Assembly (NCBI GenBank): GCA_016784025.1
Contig: JADHVL010000018.1
Coordinates: 7,927-71,926 of the forward strand
Reading direction: 5' to 3'
From: Fidelibacterota bacterium
GTDB lineage: Bacteria > Fidelibacterota > UBA8477 > JABMPR01
DNA: 64,000 bases
Shown here in pieces: positions 1-10,992 of the stretch (its first letter is position 1; each line of letters starts with the position of its first letter). The position numbers and the translations under genes are program-made. Below the pieces are notes generated by a model. That model saw nothing but the letters and a program-made list of their open reading frames with translations. It had not been told where the DNA came from and ran no database searches.

Positions 1-863
1 TGGGCAATAACCTTTGGCCAAACCTGTCTGGCAATTTCACGATTGAATTCGATTTTGAAATCTGCCATAAAATCATTGAGTACCTGTTTGCCCAGGAGAT
101 TTTCGCGACGCTCAAGGATCTTATTGTAGATTAAATCACGATTCTTTTGGTAGTCTTCCTCCGTAACAAAAACTTCTTCCTGGCTATCATCGATGGATAA
201 AATATGCCAGCCATACTGACTTTTTACAGGTTGGGATATTTGACCTGCACTCAAGCTATATACTGTGTCTTCAAGAGTCTCGTCCAGATCCCCAAATGTC
301 ATCCAGCCCAATGCACCACCATTTTTCGAGAGCATGGTATCCGCGAAAACCTCTTGAGCAAGGGTATAGAAAGATTCATCCCCAGATGCTAACCTTCGCG
401 AATACTCCCTGATGTCTTCCTCGGTTTTTGCAAAGAGATGCCTCACGAACAGTCCTTTTTGACCCCGCTTAAAACCCCTTCTAAGATCCTCCTCAGTGGG
501 GAGGACCAGTTGGTCCTTAACCCAGGTCCTGTACAACTGACGTGATAAGGCACGATTTTCCACAAGGGTTCTCATTCTCACTATATGGGTGCTGGTATCT
601 AAATTCGCTGCTCTACCCTTTTGAGCGAGGATTTTCTGACCGATGAGGAAATTGATCATGTCAGACCGATTTTCCTCACTGTCGAATTTGTCGCCATATA
701 ATAAAACAGGGAGGTATGTACGTTGAAAGCTGGTTTCACTTATTTCAATATTATCCACAGTTGCAACCACCGTGCGTTTAGCTTCAGGTGCAGACTCTTC
801 TTTAGAGCACGCGATAAACAGAAATGTGAAGACCAGGAGTAGAACAGGAGCTTTTCGGACCAT
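1..863 (-). CDS. Parvulin (PpiC/PrsA-type) peptidyl-prolyl isomerase lipoprotein, 3' end outside window
   Basis: Not in the ORF track; translated by hand from ATG at 863 (overlaps the TAA of the upstream gene): MVRKAPVLLLVFTFLFIACSK (lipobox), VRHLF, FYTLAQE, NGGALGWM, ISQPVKSQYGWHIL parvulin motifs. Confidence 0.85.
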   Translation of the reverse strand, partial: MVRKAPVLLLVFTFLFIACSKEESAPEAKRTVVATVDNIEISETSFQRTYLPVLLYGDKFDSEENRSDMINFLIGQKILAQKGRAANLDTSTHIVRMRTLVENRALSRQLYRTWVKDQLVLPTEEDLRRGFKRGQKGLFVRHLFAKTEEDIREYSRRLASGDESFYTLAQEVFADTMLSKNGGALGWMTFGDLDETLEDTVYSLSAGQISQPVKSQYGWHILSIDDSQEEVFVTEEDYQKNRDLIYNKILERRENLLGKQVLNDFMADFKIEFNREIARQVWPKVIA

Positions 864-1876
864 TAAATTAGAGCCTCACATAGTTTCTCAAAACCAAGGA
901 GATTCTCCTTCGAGCCCAGTGCAATCAATTTATCATCAGCATTCAGCTTATAGTGGGGATCAGGATTAAAGTTCGCTTCTCCGCTGCGCTGTTCAACTGC
1001 AGTGATGATGATATCGTGGTTTTTCCTAACTTCAAGATCGATGAGTGATTTGCCTTCCGCCCGCGAGTTCGCTTCAATAAGGATAGTTTCCAAAACCAGG
1101 TCAAGATTCCCCCTATTCATGATGAGCTCGATAAAATCAACAACACCAGGTGCCATGGCTTGTCGAGCTAGTTTAGTCCCTGCTGCTTCATAAGGGTTAA
1201 TCACATGGTTGGCACCAGCCCGGGTCATCTTAGGGATAGATGCTGGAACTGTAGCTCTTGTTAAAATTAAGAGATCACTCTTCAAGCTTCGTGCAGATAA
1301 TGTCAAAAACAGATTGTCCTGATCATCTTTCAAAACCCCAATAAGCGTGGTGGCTTTCTCAATTCCTGCATTCAACAGGACCTCATCCTGAGTTGCATCT
1401 CCTTCGATTAGCACAATATCATTCTGAACAAGAGTGGTGATTTTGTCAACATCCTTTTCAATCACAACAAAACTTTTACCGGCGTTTTGAAGCTCCTTGG
1501 CAATGGCTTGTCCCATGCGTCCATATCCACAAAGGATATAGTGATCGTTTAATTTTTTGACTCGTTTCGCCATGCGAAACCTCCTGTAGCGTTTGAGATC
1601 CACTGCTTGCTGTGCGATGTGACCAGCAATAATGAAGAATAAACCGATTCCTGAAAACATAATAAAGATAGTCCAGAGGTGACCCAGATCAGACATCTCC
1701 CAGACCTCTTGAAATCCAACTGTAGCCAGAGTAATAGCCGTCATATAAAAGGCATCAAACCAGCCGACATGCTCAATAATTACATAGCCAGTGGTTCCTA
1801 AAAGGATGATGCCCAGCATGCTCAGGATCAGTTGTTCTATTCTCGTTTCCAGCATCCGTAATAATAGTTTTGGCAA
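863..1876 (-). CDS. Potassium channel with pore domain plus TrkA-N/TrkA-C (RCK) domains
   Basis: Two TM helices around pore DAFYMTAITLATVGFQE; RCK Rossmann motif ILCGYGRMG; true start may be ATG at 1855. Confidence 0.9.
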   Translation of the reverse strand: MPKLLLRMLETRIEQLILSMLGIILLGTTGYVIIEHVGWFDAFYMTAITLATVGFQEVWEMSDLGHLWTIFIMFSGIGLFFIIAGHIAQQAVDLKRYRRFRMAKRVKKLNDHYILCGYGRMGQAIAKELQNAGKSFVVIEKDVDKITTLVQNDIVLIEGDATQDEVLLNAGIEKATTLIGVLKDDQDNLFLTLSARSLKSDLLILTRATVPASIPKMTRAGANHVINPYEAAGTKLARQAMAPGVVDFIELIMNRGNLDLVLETILIEANSRAEGKSLIDLEVRKNHDIIITAVEQRSGEANFNPDPHYKLNADDKLIALGSKENLLGFEKLCEALI

Positions 1877-2032
1877 TGCCTGAAGGCTATCAAAAATAAT
1901 GCCTGGGAATGATGCATTTCACCAGGGAAATTCAGTTGATTACTTCCTACTCTCGGCCTTTCAGACCCAATGCTTTTGGATTACATTGTGAGCCGATGAG
2001 TACCGCACTGAACACTATTAATTACCCCATAA

Positions 2033-3343
<1,311 letters not shown>

Positions 3344-3351
3344 GGATTCGC

Positions 3352-3717
3352 ATGGCAAATAAACGGTCACGTTCAACTGCAAATCGCTCTACCCGCAAAT
3401 CTGGTGGCATATTCGAGAATAAAGTCGCCTGGATTTCCGGTGCCATCATTCTACTGATTCTTGTTCAAATCTTCGTGATGAGAGATGAGGGGCTGTATAG
3501 TCTGCTCAGACTCAAGCAGGAGATCAGAGATATGGAATCACATATAACTCGCCTGGAAATAGAAAAGGCAGAGTTAGAGAGTGAGCGTGACCGCTTATTA
3601 AATGATCCAGACTATCTGGAACGCATCGCCCGGGAAAGATTTCGCATGGCAAAACCAGGTGAAAAGGTATTTCACGTTGTGACGGAAACCAAAAGGGATG
3701 GGGTGCGCGATAAATGA
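3352..3717 (+). CDS. ftsB: Septum formation initiator FtsB/DivIC family
   Basis: Single TM, coiled coil, YLERIARERFRMAKPGE motif; usual position downstream of eno. Confidence 0.85.
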   Translation: MANKRSRSTANRSTRKSGGIFENKVAWISGAIILLILVQIFVMRDEGLYSLLRLKQEIRDMESHITRLEIEKAELESERDRLLNDPDYLERIARERFRMAKPGEKVFHVVTETKRDGVRDK

Positions 3718-3772
3718 AAAACGACAACAGAAGAGATCGATTTTCACCCATTCATTGAAGCATGAGAATTGA

Positions 3773-5647
3773 TTGCGGAACTGGCAGAATCATACTTCCT
3801 GGCAGAGGGTCTTAGAGGCTGAAATTCACCAGTCTCACCATAACTCAACATTTCAAAGTACAACAAACTTCACCCTTTCCAAAATCAACAAAATAATAGT
3901 ACCGGTGATTCTGGGCGTGCTAATGCATGGCAGCCTGTTTGCTGAAGGTAAGGATTCGCTGGCCTATATCTTTCGTCAAGATAATCTCTCTACCAACAAT
4001 GACTTTCAACTCAATTACAGGCAGAGCTTTTCGGGAAGCGATCTAGAGGTAACGGACGCCTTTAAGTACAAAGTATTTTCATATGACAACAACCTGTCAG
4101 ATGAAAAACAATATTCCATTCAACATCGCTTGCGGACTGATTTTTCATGGGGTAGCACTCGGAATAAAAGCATTCGTTTGGAGAGTGGTCAACATCAGGA
4201 CCATCGGACTGGTCTGGCTTCAACGATTGACAATTGGGCTCTGCTTGCTGGTTTAAAGCATAATGACAACCTGTCCCTGTTTATTGGTGGTAGATCAGTA
4301 GAGCGATACGGGATTGTGGACAAGGGTTGGGCAAGTGAACTGGATATTCGCAAATCCTGGCATTCTCCTATGCACCGATCTTTAATCATGGTAAATGGAT
4401 CCAGAGATCAATTAACCGAACATTTAAATCACACGCTAAATGCCCGAGGGGAGTATTTTGTCCGATTTGGTGATGTCTCCACTTTTCAAACTTCCATATA
4501 CCAGGAAGCCCGCTTGCAGGCATTTTTTACTGACTCGCTAGGGAGTTCTCAATCCCGTAACAATGAGAACTTGAACTGGCAAAATAGGTTCACTTATCAC
4601 CTGAGAAAAAATCTCCATCTCTCTCATCGCCTCGATTGGGGAGACCAACTGACGGAGATCAGTCGAGAACGTGTTGATCAAAATTCCACCGTCAATCTAT
4701 CAAGTGAGGATAGGAAACGATTTTCATTGTTAAATGAAACCTCCCTTGAATTGAATAATCCCAACTTTTCAACCTTGACGGCCTTCAAAGTTGAGAATTC
4801 TCAGAATAAATACTATGTGGATTATACTCAGGTCCTTTATCAGCTCAAGGAATCCCTGCTCTGGCAAAATACAGGACTTATTGACACACTCACGTGGATT
4901 TCATCGCTTTCAAGACTTGAATATGATACGCCTGATACCACCAATGATGATGACCGGGATGAATGGCGGCTCAATACAGAAATCAGAATACTTTGGGCGC
5001 CTTCTCCATTTTATAGTCTTGAGTTTGGCACCAAGTTGGGGATGTTCCACCTCATATATCTTTTTAATACGCGCAGTTCGGAAAACCATTGGAATCGCAA
5101 TCTGGTGTTATGGTCAGGTGTCACCTGGCGTAAGCAGAAATGGTCAGGGGATGGTCGAGCACGAATTCGCAGTAATTATTTTGACTATGATTACGATGAG
5201 CTATTTATTGAATTAGAGCAACCTTCACGAAGCTTTGTTCACAGATCTCTAGACTTAAACAAAAAAATCAAATTCAATATTGGACGGCGTTGGTCAATTA
5301 GTTCTAAGGCAGCCTTTCGCTGGGAAGATGAAGGTAAACTGAAGTGGGATTCTTTTATTCAGCAGGTTAACAGCAGTAGAGAACAGTCTGAATGGAGTGC
5401 TGAGCTTTTTTACAACTATAAGGGTTGGGAAGGCTGGATGGGCTATCTCACTCATGACAGGGTGATTAAATACACTGCTGCAAACCGTGAAACGGATCGC
5501 TGGCATGGCCAGGGTCCTTTGCTGGGTGTCAAATACCAGTTGGGTAAACGCATTGATCTTCGTGGAGATGCACGCTTTATATCAGTGGAAGATGGTGATC
5601 GGGAATATCTGCTTCCTAAAGTCTACTTTACCCTGGTTTACCGCTAA
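3773..5647 (+). CDS. Hypothetical protein, probable outer-membrane beta-barrel
   Basis: 624-aa ORF with signal-like hydrophobic stretch (IIVPVILGVLMHGSLFA), amphipathic beta-strand pattern, aromatic C-terminus VYFTLVYR; start uncertain. Confidence 0.55.
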   Translation: MRNWQNHTSWQRVLEAEIHQSHHNSTFQSTTNFTLSKINKIIVPVILGVLMHGSLFAEGKDSLAYIFRQDNLSTNNDFQLNYRQSFSGSDLEVTDAFKYKVFSYDNNLSDEKQYSIQHRLRTDFSWGSTRNKSIRLESGQHQDHRTGLASTIDNWALLAGLKHNDNLSLFIGGRSVERYGIVDKGWASELDIRKSWHSPMHRSLIMVNGSRDQLTEHLNHTLNARGEYFVRFGDVSTFQTSIYQEARLQAFFTDSLGSSQSRNNENLNWQNRFTYHLRKNLHLSHRLDWGDQLTEISRERVDQNSTVNLSSEDRKRFSLLNETSLELNNPNFSTLTAFKVENSQNKYYVDYTQVLYQLKESLLWQNTGLIDTLTWISSLSRLEYDTPDTTNDDDRDEWRLNTEIRILWAPSPFYSLEFGTKLGMFHLIYLFNTRSSENHWNRNLVLWSGVTWRKQKWSGDGRARIRSNYFDYDYDELFIELEQPSRSFVHRSLDLNKKIKFNIGRRWSISSKAAFRWEDEGKLKWDSFIQQVNSSREQSEWSAELFYNYKGWEGWMGYLTHDRVIKYTAANRETDRWHGQGPLLGVKYQLGKRIDLRGDARFISVEDGDREYLLPKVYFTLVYR

Positions 5648-5895
5648 GCAGATTCAGGTAGGGGCTTTTCCAGCTCATCAATGCGCTCATTGAGTGTATC
5701 AACATATCCAGAGAGATGTTTCTGGACATCGCGGATAGCCTGATTGTAATAATGTGGTCCAATATTTTCGCTGAAAAAATCCAATAAGAATTCTGCCTCA
5801 AAATTACCTAATTCCTGACTCATTTCGGTGGTGAAATAGGTTTGGATCTGCTGGATCAGATTGTCCTTCATTGCTCTTGAAAAGGTATTGATCAT
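5644..5895 (-). CDS. DUF2164 family small protein
   Basis: ELGNFEAEFLLDFF..IGPHYYNQAIRD motif; ATG at 5895 with AAGGA upstream; stop overlaps the stop of the convergent gene. Confidence 0.8.
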   Translation of the reverse strand: MINTFSRAMKDNLIQQIQTYFTTEMSQELGNFEAEFLLDFFSENIGPHYYNQAIRDVQKHLSGYVDTLNERIDELEKPLPESA

Positions 5896-5997
5896 ACTCG
5901 AAGTTCCTTTGTTGAAAGCTGTTGCCACACAGCAATTTATGCATTAATATAGCCTACACTTTAAAAACAATCTTCAAAGTCAAAAGTTGGAAAAATC

Positions 5998-6813
5998 ATG
6001 ATTCACATCAAAAAAACGATGTGTGTTTGTGCTGTGGTAATTGCAGTCATTTCACACATATCTCCAGTATTTGGAGCATTCGAGTATGTAGGGCTGGGGT
6101 GGCCAGCTGCAACGGCAAACATCAGGGTCCTGGGACAACACCCCCACCACTTCGTTGTAAATCCGGCTTTAATGGAGAATGGATTTCATCCTCAGATCAG
6201 CCTTTCCTATCAAAACCCCTTTCAGTCTCTTGACCTACAGGCAGGTTCTGTGACCATCCATCACTCAATATGGCAAAGACCGTATATTCATAGCCTGGAA
6301 TATTTCGGGGATGAACATTACTCTGAACTAAAATTCGTCAATGGAACTACCTGGAAACTCGAAAAGGGCTTCAGGATTGGAATGACTATGAATTATCATC
6401 GGCTTTCCATGTCAGGTTTCAATAGTCGGCATGCCATGACACTATCTTTGACTTCGTATGCCCAACTCTCAGATCAAATAAAAGTGGGTTCTGTGGTGGA
6501 ACATGTCATTCAATGGGGGCAAGGCTTAACCCTACCTCAGAATTTTCAAATGGGTGGGCAATATGATATGGGTCCAGCAACAATTGTCGTTGCCCTTGAG
6601 AAAGAATCTGCTCTACCCATGGAAGCCTGCCTCGGGATGTTAATATCTCCAGGTTCCTTCTGGCAGATAGGTGTTGGATACCGAGATTTTAGCGGGATGA
6701 TGTCAGCTGGTTGGCGTATTCGTACTCAAAGAATTTCACTTCACTATGCCTGTGTAGTGCACCCCTATTTGCCTGTATCGCATGGGTTTGGGCTGGAGTT
6801 GATATTGCCATGA
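5998..6813 (+). CDS. Hypothetical outer-membrane protein (PorV-like barrel class)
   Basis: Signal peptide, NPAL motif, beta-strand pattern, C-terminal HPYLPVSHGFG; ATGA-coupled to the next gene. Confidence 0.55.
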   Translation: MIHIKKTMCVCAVVIAVISHISPVFGAFEYVGLGWPAATANIRVLGQHPHHFVVNPALMENGFHPQISLSYQNPFQSLDLQAGSVTIHHSIWQRPYIHSLEYFGDEHYSELKFVNGTTWKLEKGFRIGMTMNYHRLSMSGFNSRHAMTLSLTSYAQLSDQIKVGSVVEHVIQWGQGLTLPQNFQMGGQYDMGPATIVVALEKESALPMEACLGMLISPGSFWQIGVGYRDFSGMMSAGWRIRTQRISLHYACVVHPYLPVSHGFGLELILP

Positions 6814-8558
6814 GACTCATCATTGTATTTCTCATATTCACCGTAAATGCATATGCTCAGGTCGACGATAATCTGGGGAATGACGAGTTGGATGATCCTG
6901 ATGAAAGTCAATATTTAGATCAACTTCTGACTGCGTTATTTCAACCATTTTCAATTGAAACTGTTGATACCAATTCTCTCCTTGAACATGGTTATTCCAG
7001 GGAGGCAATGGAGGTTATTTATAAATGGCGAAAAGGAAATGGGACACTCCTCTCGTTAAAGCGGAGCATTCATGGAAATGATTTAATTCTGCTGAACAAT
7101 GATGTAAAAACGGGTGCTCAGCAAACTCAAATCCACTTACGCCAACGCTTGCATTATTCACCTTCAATGAATGGGTGGCGGATTCTGAATAAGGGCCGCA
7201 TATTAAACAAATGGGGGTCCGTAAATGTTCTAGCCGAACAAGACCCAGGTGAGAATCAATTAACTGACCATTCCATTTTGACGTTGAGCAGCCACTCCAT
7301 CCCCTGGTTTGACCACCTCATTCTCGGTGGATTTCATGTGAACTGGGGTGGCGGATTGATTCTGAATCAACAGGGATCACGCCCAAGTCTAAATCCCAGA
7401 TCACTTCTGCGCACAAAGCAATCAACCATTCGACCTCATTACTCAAGCAGAGAGACGGACTACTTTCAGGGGGCTGCTGGCAGCTTTTCACTAAGCAAAT
7501 TTCATGGAGCCTTCTTTGTCTCCAGTCGCATTATGGAAGGTTTGTGGACCGGCAATCAGTTCAGGGAAGATGCTGACGGAATCCACCCATCTGGAAAGAT
7601 CCTTGAGTCCAGACGGGCTAACGATTATGGATTGGCATTGGAAGCGCTCTTGTCAGGGACACAACTCTATGCATCCACAATCTACACTCCAGAGGCAAAA
7701 TCAGGTCTATCCTATGAGTTGGGGTTCTCGCAGGAGTTGGCTCATTCCCAAAAGATTCAAGTCTACACAAATAGTTTTGATTACGCGAATCACAGGATGA
7801 CTGTTGCCTGGGCATATTTCACCTCACCGCTGCGTGTATCGCTTCAGTACAGGCATTTCATCACAGACGAGGTTTTAGCTCCCGGCTTCACATCAACACT
7901 TCTGGGTACATCTGCCTCAAATGAAAAGGGAATCTCGGTTCGAGCGCAAGTACGACCCACTGGAAAACTGCAAATCCGCTATGCCCTTGATACAGGTAAT
8001 TCAGTCGAGCTCCAAACTGTTGATGATTATAGGACGATTCAGCAGCACAAATTGCAAGTCATCCAGAAACTGATTCAGGGGGTCTTCCAGTTTGATTATA
8101 GTCGGAAAAATGAGCATCCTATTATGGTTGGGGATATCTGGCTTGGGCAATTCTCAACTTATAAAATCAGTAGATGTGCCGTTTCCCTGGTTCACAATTT
8201 TTCACCCCAATTTACGTATCGAGTGAATTTGAAATCAGCTTTTAGCGGCAAAGAATCAGCACTCCTTGTCCAGCAACGTCTGCTTGGTAAAAAGGGCAGA
8301 TGGAAATGGACAATTGGCCATGTGAGATTCACTATTCCCGACTATACCTTGAGATTAAGTGTCTATGAGACCAGTGTGGCAGAAAGCTTTAGCTTTTATA
8401 CCGCTTTTGATGATGGTGATCGATGGTTCGTGTATCTGAAGCAACAGAGTCTCCATTGGTTTGATATGGAAATGAAATTGGTCCAAACTCGTTCCTTTGA
8501 TGACCCCAATATGCCCAAACAACTTGCTATAAGCCTTCAGATGTCCGTTGTCTTATAA
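6810..8558 (+). CDS. Outer-membrane protein resembling the FCB helix-hairpin-helix (ComEA-like) barrel family
   Basis: ATG 6810 overlaps the previous TGA; signal MRLIIVFLIFTVNAYA-Q; EQDPGE, ILGGFHVNWGGGLIL, NEKG, LSVYE motifs; HhH region looks degenerate. Confidence 0.6.
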   Translation: MRLIIVFLIFTVNAYAQVDDNLGNDELDDPDESQYLDQLLTALFQPFSIETVDTNSLLEHGYSREAMEVIYKWRKGNGTLLSLKRSIHGNDLILLNNDVKTGAQQTQIHLRQRLHYSPSMNGWRILNKGRILNKWGSVNVLAEQDPGENQLTDHSILTLSSHSIPWFDHLILGGFHVNWGGGLILNQQGSRPSLNPRSLLRTKQSTIRPHYSSRETDYFQGAAGSFSLSKFHGAFFVSSRIMEGLWTGNQFREDADGIHPSGKILESRRANDYGLALEALLSGTQLYASTIYTPEAKSGLSYELGFSQELAHSQKIQVYTNSFDYANHRMTVAWAYFTSPLRVSLQYRHFITDEVLAPGFTSTLLGTSASNEKGISVRAQVRPTGKLQIRYALDTGNSVELQTVDDYRTIQQHKLQVIQKLIQGVFQFDYSRKNEHPIMVGDIWLGQFSTYKISRCAVSLVHNFSPQFTYRVNLKSAFSGKESALLVQQRLLGKKGRWKWTIGHVRFTIPDYTLRLSVYETSVAESFSFYTAFDDGDRWFVYLKQQSLHWFDMEMKLVQTRSFDDPNMPKQLAISLQMSVVL

Positions 8559-8587
8559 TTCCCCCCAGACTATTTTCAACGCTAAAT

Positions 8588-10120
8588 ATGAACCGACAGC
8601 GATATATAGTTTTAATACTCCTCCTGCTTTTTTCGATCACTTCGTTACAGGCAAGACGGACTGAACTTATTCTTCAAAAAGCGGCTGATGATAGATATGT
8701 CCCGGCGATTCCAGTCTATGTGATCAATCAATACCAATATATTTCACTCCAGGATTTGCTGGATGCCTATAAAATTTCGGCTTTCTTAAACCCTGCTGTC
8801 AGGAAGTCGGTCTTTCGTATCGGTCGCTTGAAATTCAAGGTTACAGCGTATAATCACTATGTCATGGTTGAGGACAGAACCTTTCAGATGTCCCATTCGG
8901 TGATTTTCTTTGATGGTGAAACATACCTGCCCATGGATGATTTTGTAGGTATCCTCAAAATGGTAGGTCTGGTTTCAGGAGTGACCATATTGTCAGGCAC
9001 GGATGAAGATGATATGCAGGTTGAGCCAACCGCTGAACCCACACAATACTCACAATTTGACATCGTGTCCGCCAACATCGAAGAACGTCAAAATGGAACG
9101 GTTATCCGGATTCGTACCGCCAATCGCTATGATGCTAATTCTGTAAAAGCCTGGATTAATCGCGAGGAGTGGCTTTATGTCACATTGCCTGGCGCTAAAG
9201 TTAATAAGTCGATTCTAGATAATACTGAAATCCCAAAAAACAGCAGTATCCGTAAAGTCACAGCTGATCAATTAGATGGCACCTCCCAACTTACGTTCCG
9301 TCTTCGTGGGACAGTTGAGGGTGTAGATGTTTTGCACCGCGATTCGCCTCCAGAAATATTACTTACTATTCGCAGACCTTATGTTATTGATCAATCCCAC
9401 TATCTTGAAAAAGAACGTCAGAAATGGAAGCTTGATAAAATTGTGCTGGATGCCGGGCATGGGGGACACGATCCAGGGGCTCGTGGCAATGGTCTAAGAG
9501 AAAAAGAAATCACACTCGATGTTGTTAAGCGATTGGGAAAATTGATTGAAACCCGCACGGATATTGAAGTGATATATACCAGGGATACAGATGTGTTTGT
9601 CCCGCTCTGGGAACGTACAAAGATTGCTAATGAAGCTGGCGGAAAAGTTTTCCTGAGCATTCATGTTAATGCAAATAAGAATAAAAAGGCTTCAGGGTTT
9701 GAAACCTATTTGCTCCGACCTGGAAAAACAGATGCTGCTATTGCCGTTGCTGAGATGGAGAATGCCGTAATAAAGCTTGAACAAAATACTGATCAGTACG
9801 ACAAGTTGAGTGCTGAACAACTCATTCTCGCCACCATGGCTCAAAGTTCCTTTATGCAGCAAAGTGAAACTCTGGCTGACCTGACACAGAGAGAATTTGA
9901 CAAAAAGCTGGTGGGGCAAAACAGGGGTGTCAAACAAGCCGGATTTATTGTGCTCATCGGCGCTTCAATGCCCAATGTACTCATTGAATTAGGATTTATT
10001 TCGAATAAGAATGATGCCCGCAGATTGAAACAGGCCTCTTATAGACAGAAGGCCGCCCAGGGTATATTTGATGCTCTGATGAAATACAAAACACGACATG
10101 AAAAGTTATTATCCCCGTGA
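8588..10120 (+). CDS. N-acetylmuramoyl-L-alanine amidase (Amidase_3, AmiC-like, with AMIN-like domain)
   Basis: IVLDAGHGGHDPGA, E-K, FLSIHVNA, VLIELGFISN Zn-amidase motifs; signal peptide. Confidence 0.93.
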   Translation: MNRQRYIVLILLLLFSITSLQARRTELILQKAADDRYVPAIPVYVINQYQYISLQDLLDAYKISAFLNPAVRKSVFRIGRLKFKVTAYNHYVMVEDRTFQMSHSVIFFDGETYLPMDDFVGILKMVGLVSGVTILSGTDEDDMQVEPTAEPTQYSQFDIVSANIEERQNGTVIRIRTANRYDANSVKAWINREEWLYVTLPGAKVNKSILDNTEIPKNSSIRKVTADQLDGTSQLTFRLRGTVEGVDVLHRDSPPEILLTIRRPYVIDQSHYLEKERQKWKLDKIVLDAGHGGHDPGARGNGLREKEITLDVVKRLGKLIETRTDIEVIYTRDTDVFVPLWERTKIANEAGGKVFLSIHVNANKNKKASGFETYLLRPGKTDAAIAVAEMENAVIKLEQNTDQYDKLSAEQLILATMAQSSFMQQSETLADLTQREFDKKLVGQNRGVKQAGFIVLIGASMPNVLIELGFISNKNDARRLKQASYRQKAAQGIFDALMKYKTRHEKLLSP

Positions 10121-10950
10121 ATGAACTAAGCGCAGAACAAGCCATTGGTGTTTTTGACTCTGGACTGGGAGGCATCTCAGTGGTACGAGCCATTATTGAT
10201 TTATTGCCCCATGAACACCTCGTGTATTTTGGGGATACAGCAAGAGTCCCTTATGGTTCAAAATCTGAAGAAACGGTGAATCGCTTTGCCTATCAAATTT
10301 CTTCATTCCTGAGAGAAAAACAGGTCAAAATGATTGTTGTGGCCTGTAATACAGCCTCAGCTGTTGCCTTGCAGAGTCTGCAGCAGAGTTTTGACATTCC
10401 AATAGTAGGCGTGATTGAGCCCGGCTCTGAAGCTGCCGTAAACACCTCGAAGCATAAACGAATCGGAGTGATTGGCACCGCCTCAACTATCAGATCAGGC
10501 GCCTATCGGACAGCCATTAGAGCGCTGGATCCAGACATGGAAGTGACTGATCAGTCTTGTCCCCTCTTGGTTCCACTTGTGGAAGAGGATTGGCCACATG
10601 ATGGTGTTGTAAGACAAGTACTGGAGAGTTATTTGGAACCATTCAAAGTCCAGTTGCCAGATTCGCTTATCTTGGGTTGTACTCATTATCCCTATCTCAA
10701 ATCTATCATTCAACAAGTGATTGGACCCTCAGTTCGTCTTGTTGATTCAGGAGAGGAAACAGCGACCCAGGTGCAAAAAGTGTTAAAAGAAATGGGATTG
10801 TTGAATCATGGGAACGGTGATCCAGGTAGGCATAAATTCTATGTTTCTGACTTTCCTCAAAAGTTTGAAGAAACGGCGTCCCGTTTTTTAGGTAGACCCC
10901 TTGATAAACTGTTTAAGGTTGAGTTGGAAGTTTTGGAATCTTACAAATAA
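10117..10950 (+). CDS. murI: Glutamate racemase
   Basis: FDSGLGG, PYGSK, VACNTAS, LGCTHY. Confidence 0.97.
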   Translation: MNELSAEQAIGVFDSGLGGISVVRAIIDLLPHEHLVYFGDTARVPYGSKSEETVNRFAYQISSFLREKQVKMIVVACNTASAVALQSLQQSFDIPIVGVIEPGSEAAVNTSKHKRIGVIGTASTIRSGAYRTAIRALDPDMEVTDQSCPLLVPLVEEDWPHDGVVRQVLESYLEPFKVQLPDSLILGCTHYPYLKSIIQQVIGPSVRLVDSGEETATQVQKVLKEMGLLNHGNGDPGRHKFYVSDFPQKFEETASRFLGRPLDKLFKVELEVLESYK

Positions 10951-10992
10951 GATACACCTCACCATTTCAATAAAGATTAGGGAAAATTCAAC

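Noticed and set aside
5940-5955. GG-N10-GC element upstream of DUF2164
   Set aside because: Spacing fits but the flanks (GGCT, ATGC) deviate from consensus; could be chance
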